From Octopus bimaculoides (taxonomy: Eukaryota), in assembly GCF_001194135.2 (NCBI RefSeq), contig NC_068984.1:12610742-12674039 (forward strand): 63,298 nucleotides of DNA. The letters run 5' to 3'. The translations under genes and the position numbers were made by a program. The notes beneath the pieces are model-generated. The model saw nothing but the letters and a program-made list of their open reading frames with translations, was not told the DNA's origin and searched no databases. Positions 61,819-63,298 of the stretch are shown piece after piece (position 1 is the first letter of the stretch; each line of letters starts with the position of its first letter).

Positions 61819-62423
61819 GGATCTTTTTTAAAACGGGGGCCACATTTTTCATTAACGAAACACTTTGAAACTTGGAACACTGGTAGAATGTGTCATATAA
61901 AACATCTTTTTCTCTTAGTCTTCTTAAAAAAAAAAAGAAATCTATAAATTATTCCATGTTAAAGTTGTCGTATTTCTGTAATTTCAACCAATCACTGACG
62001 TCCATTCAGCCGATATACATTAAGTGCCGATTACATAAACAAACGATTCTGAAACAATTAATCCTAACCCTAACCCTAACCCTAGGGTTAGGGTTAAGGT
62101 TAGAGTTAGGGTTAGGGTTAGGGTTAGGGTTAAAGCAAATTTAAAATGAAAAAAGCAAATAAAACGAAGGTATGGAGATTAAATACGCTTTACATCGCTT
62201 AATCATCCAAAGGAGTAAATGTAAACAACTGAATACTTGTCAGTGATTGGTTGAAATTATCGAAATAAGACAATTTTTTACATGAAATAAATTCGAATAC
62301 AAAAATATTTTTCTGTTCTATAACACAAAATAGATAAGTATACGAAGTTTGAAAGTCTTTCGGTACCAAAAACACTACGTAAAACATTAATGAAAAATGT
62401 GGCCCCCGTTTTAAAAAAGATCC
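61819..62423. mobile_element. 605-bp palindromic MITE, perfect 37-bp TIRs, 8-bp TSD GCCATTTT
   Basis: ggatcttttttaaaacgggggccacatttttcattaa at 61819-61855, inverted at 62387-62423; gccatttt at 61811-61818 and 62424-62431; inner inverted repeat aatttcaaccaatcactgac at 61980-61999 and 62239-62258. Confidence 0.93.
62063..62132. repeat. Inverted telomere-type repeats (CCCTAA)3 then (TTAGGG)n inside the MITE
   Basis: cctaaccctaaccctaaccctagggttagggttaaggttagagttagggttagggttagggttagggtt. Confidence 0.95.
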
Positions 62424-62689
62424 GCCATTTTTGTCAAAATAATACAAAAACGATGGCATAACCAAAAACGTTTGCGAGACTCGAACTAAAGATGCATTAA
62501 TTGCATTTGATTGTTTTGAGTTGATTTTTGTAATGATTATAACAATATTTCGTGCGTTGGTGTGCTGCGTAGAGGAAAGTTTCTTTCAATTGTAGAAACT
62601 GAACTGGTTTGGAGAGGTTAATGATGTCGCCAGGACTTAGTTTTACGTTTTACAATTCATACTTGTATTGGCGGGAGTGAGTGACTGAG

Positions 62690-63110
62690 TGAGAGAGATA
62701 GAGAGAGAGAGAGAGGTGGAGAAAATGAAGAAAAGAGGTGAAGGAAAAGAGAGAGACAGAGAGAGCTGGAGGAAAATAGAAAGAGGCGGAGAGAGAGAGA
62801 GGGAAAGAAAGAGAGGTGGACGGAAAGAGAAAGAAAGAGGGAGGGAGGGAAAGATATATGAATGAGAGATGAGGGAAACGCAGAGAGAAAGAGAGAGAGA
62901 GGAGAGAGAGAGGAGAGAGAGAGGGGAGGGAGAGAAAGAGAGGTGAAGGGAAAGAGAGAGGGAGAGAAAGATGTGTGAATAAGAGATGAGGGAAACGCAG
63001 AGAGAGGGAGAAGAGAGAGAGAGAGGAAGAGAGAAAGGGAAGAAAGAGGGGAAAAAGAGAGAAAGAGGGCGAGAGACAGAGTGAGGGGAGAGAGAGAGAG
63101 AGCGTGAAAG
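62690..63110. repeat. Degenerate GA-rich polypurine tract with an internal duplication about 116 bp apart
   Basis: gagatgagggaaacgcagagaga occurs twice (near 62866 and 62982). Confidence 0.9.
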
Positions 63111-63298
63111 GTGTGGGTGGGTGAATGGAAATGGTATTTCGTTGATTAAATTTGGTTGTTTATTGTATTTGGTTTTAAAAAATATTGTGAAACATTGTTT
63201 TGGAATTTCTTTGTTTCAATATTTAACAGGAAGTGGGTTTATGGGAAGTGGAACCGAAAGAATATTACTCAGACAAAATGGCTGTTTGGTTAAGGTAC

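Noticed and set aside
62063-62132. Chromosome end-to-end fusion scar or true telomere
   Set aside because: Orientation is CCCTAA then TTAGGG (a fusion gives the reverse), the array is short, and it lies inside a TIR/TSD-bounded element

Overview
AT-rich, repeat-dominated eukaryotic DNA from a short-read scaffold, with many N gaps that almost all abut microsatellites. I found no host gene, rRNA, true tRNA or CRISPR array that I can support. Nearly all long ORFs in the track are translations of microsatellites or N gaps. The SINE families look like those of Octopus/cephalopod genomes (inference from memory, not a database hit). Recognisable content: (1) three tRNA-derived SINE families, called A, B and C here, with about 35 copies, several nested with clean target-site duplications (TSDs); (2) Tc1/mariner DNA transposons, including a full-length 1270-bp mariner with TA TSD and two long-TIR internally deleted elements; (3) two MITEs with GGATC termini and 8-bp TSDs, one carrying inverted TTAGGG repeats at its centre; (4) decayed non-LTR retrotransposons of four types: R4/Dong-like, CR1/L2-like, RTE-like and Penelope GIY-YIG; (5) at least six hammerhead-ribozyme-like motifs, mostly in small islands between microsatellites, the best at 18636-18734; (6) a local duplication about 4.3 kb apart with mosaic identity. 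All alignments and RNA folds were done by eye, and boundaries of decayed elements are approximate.
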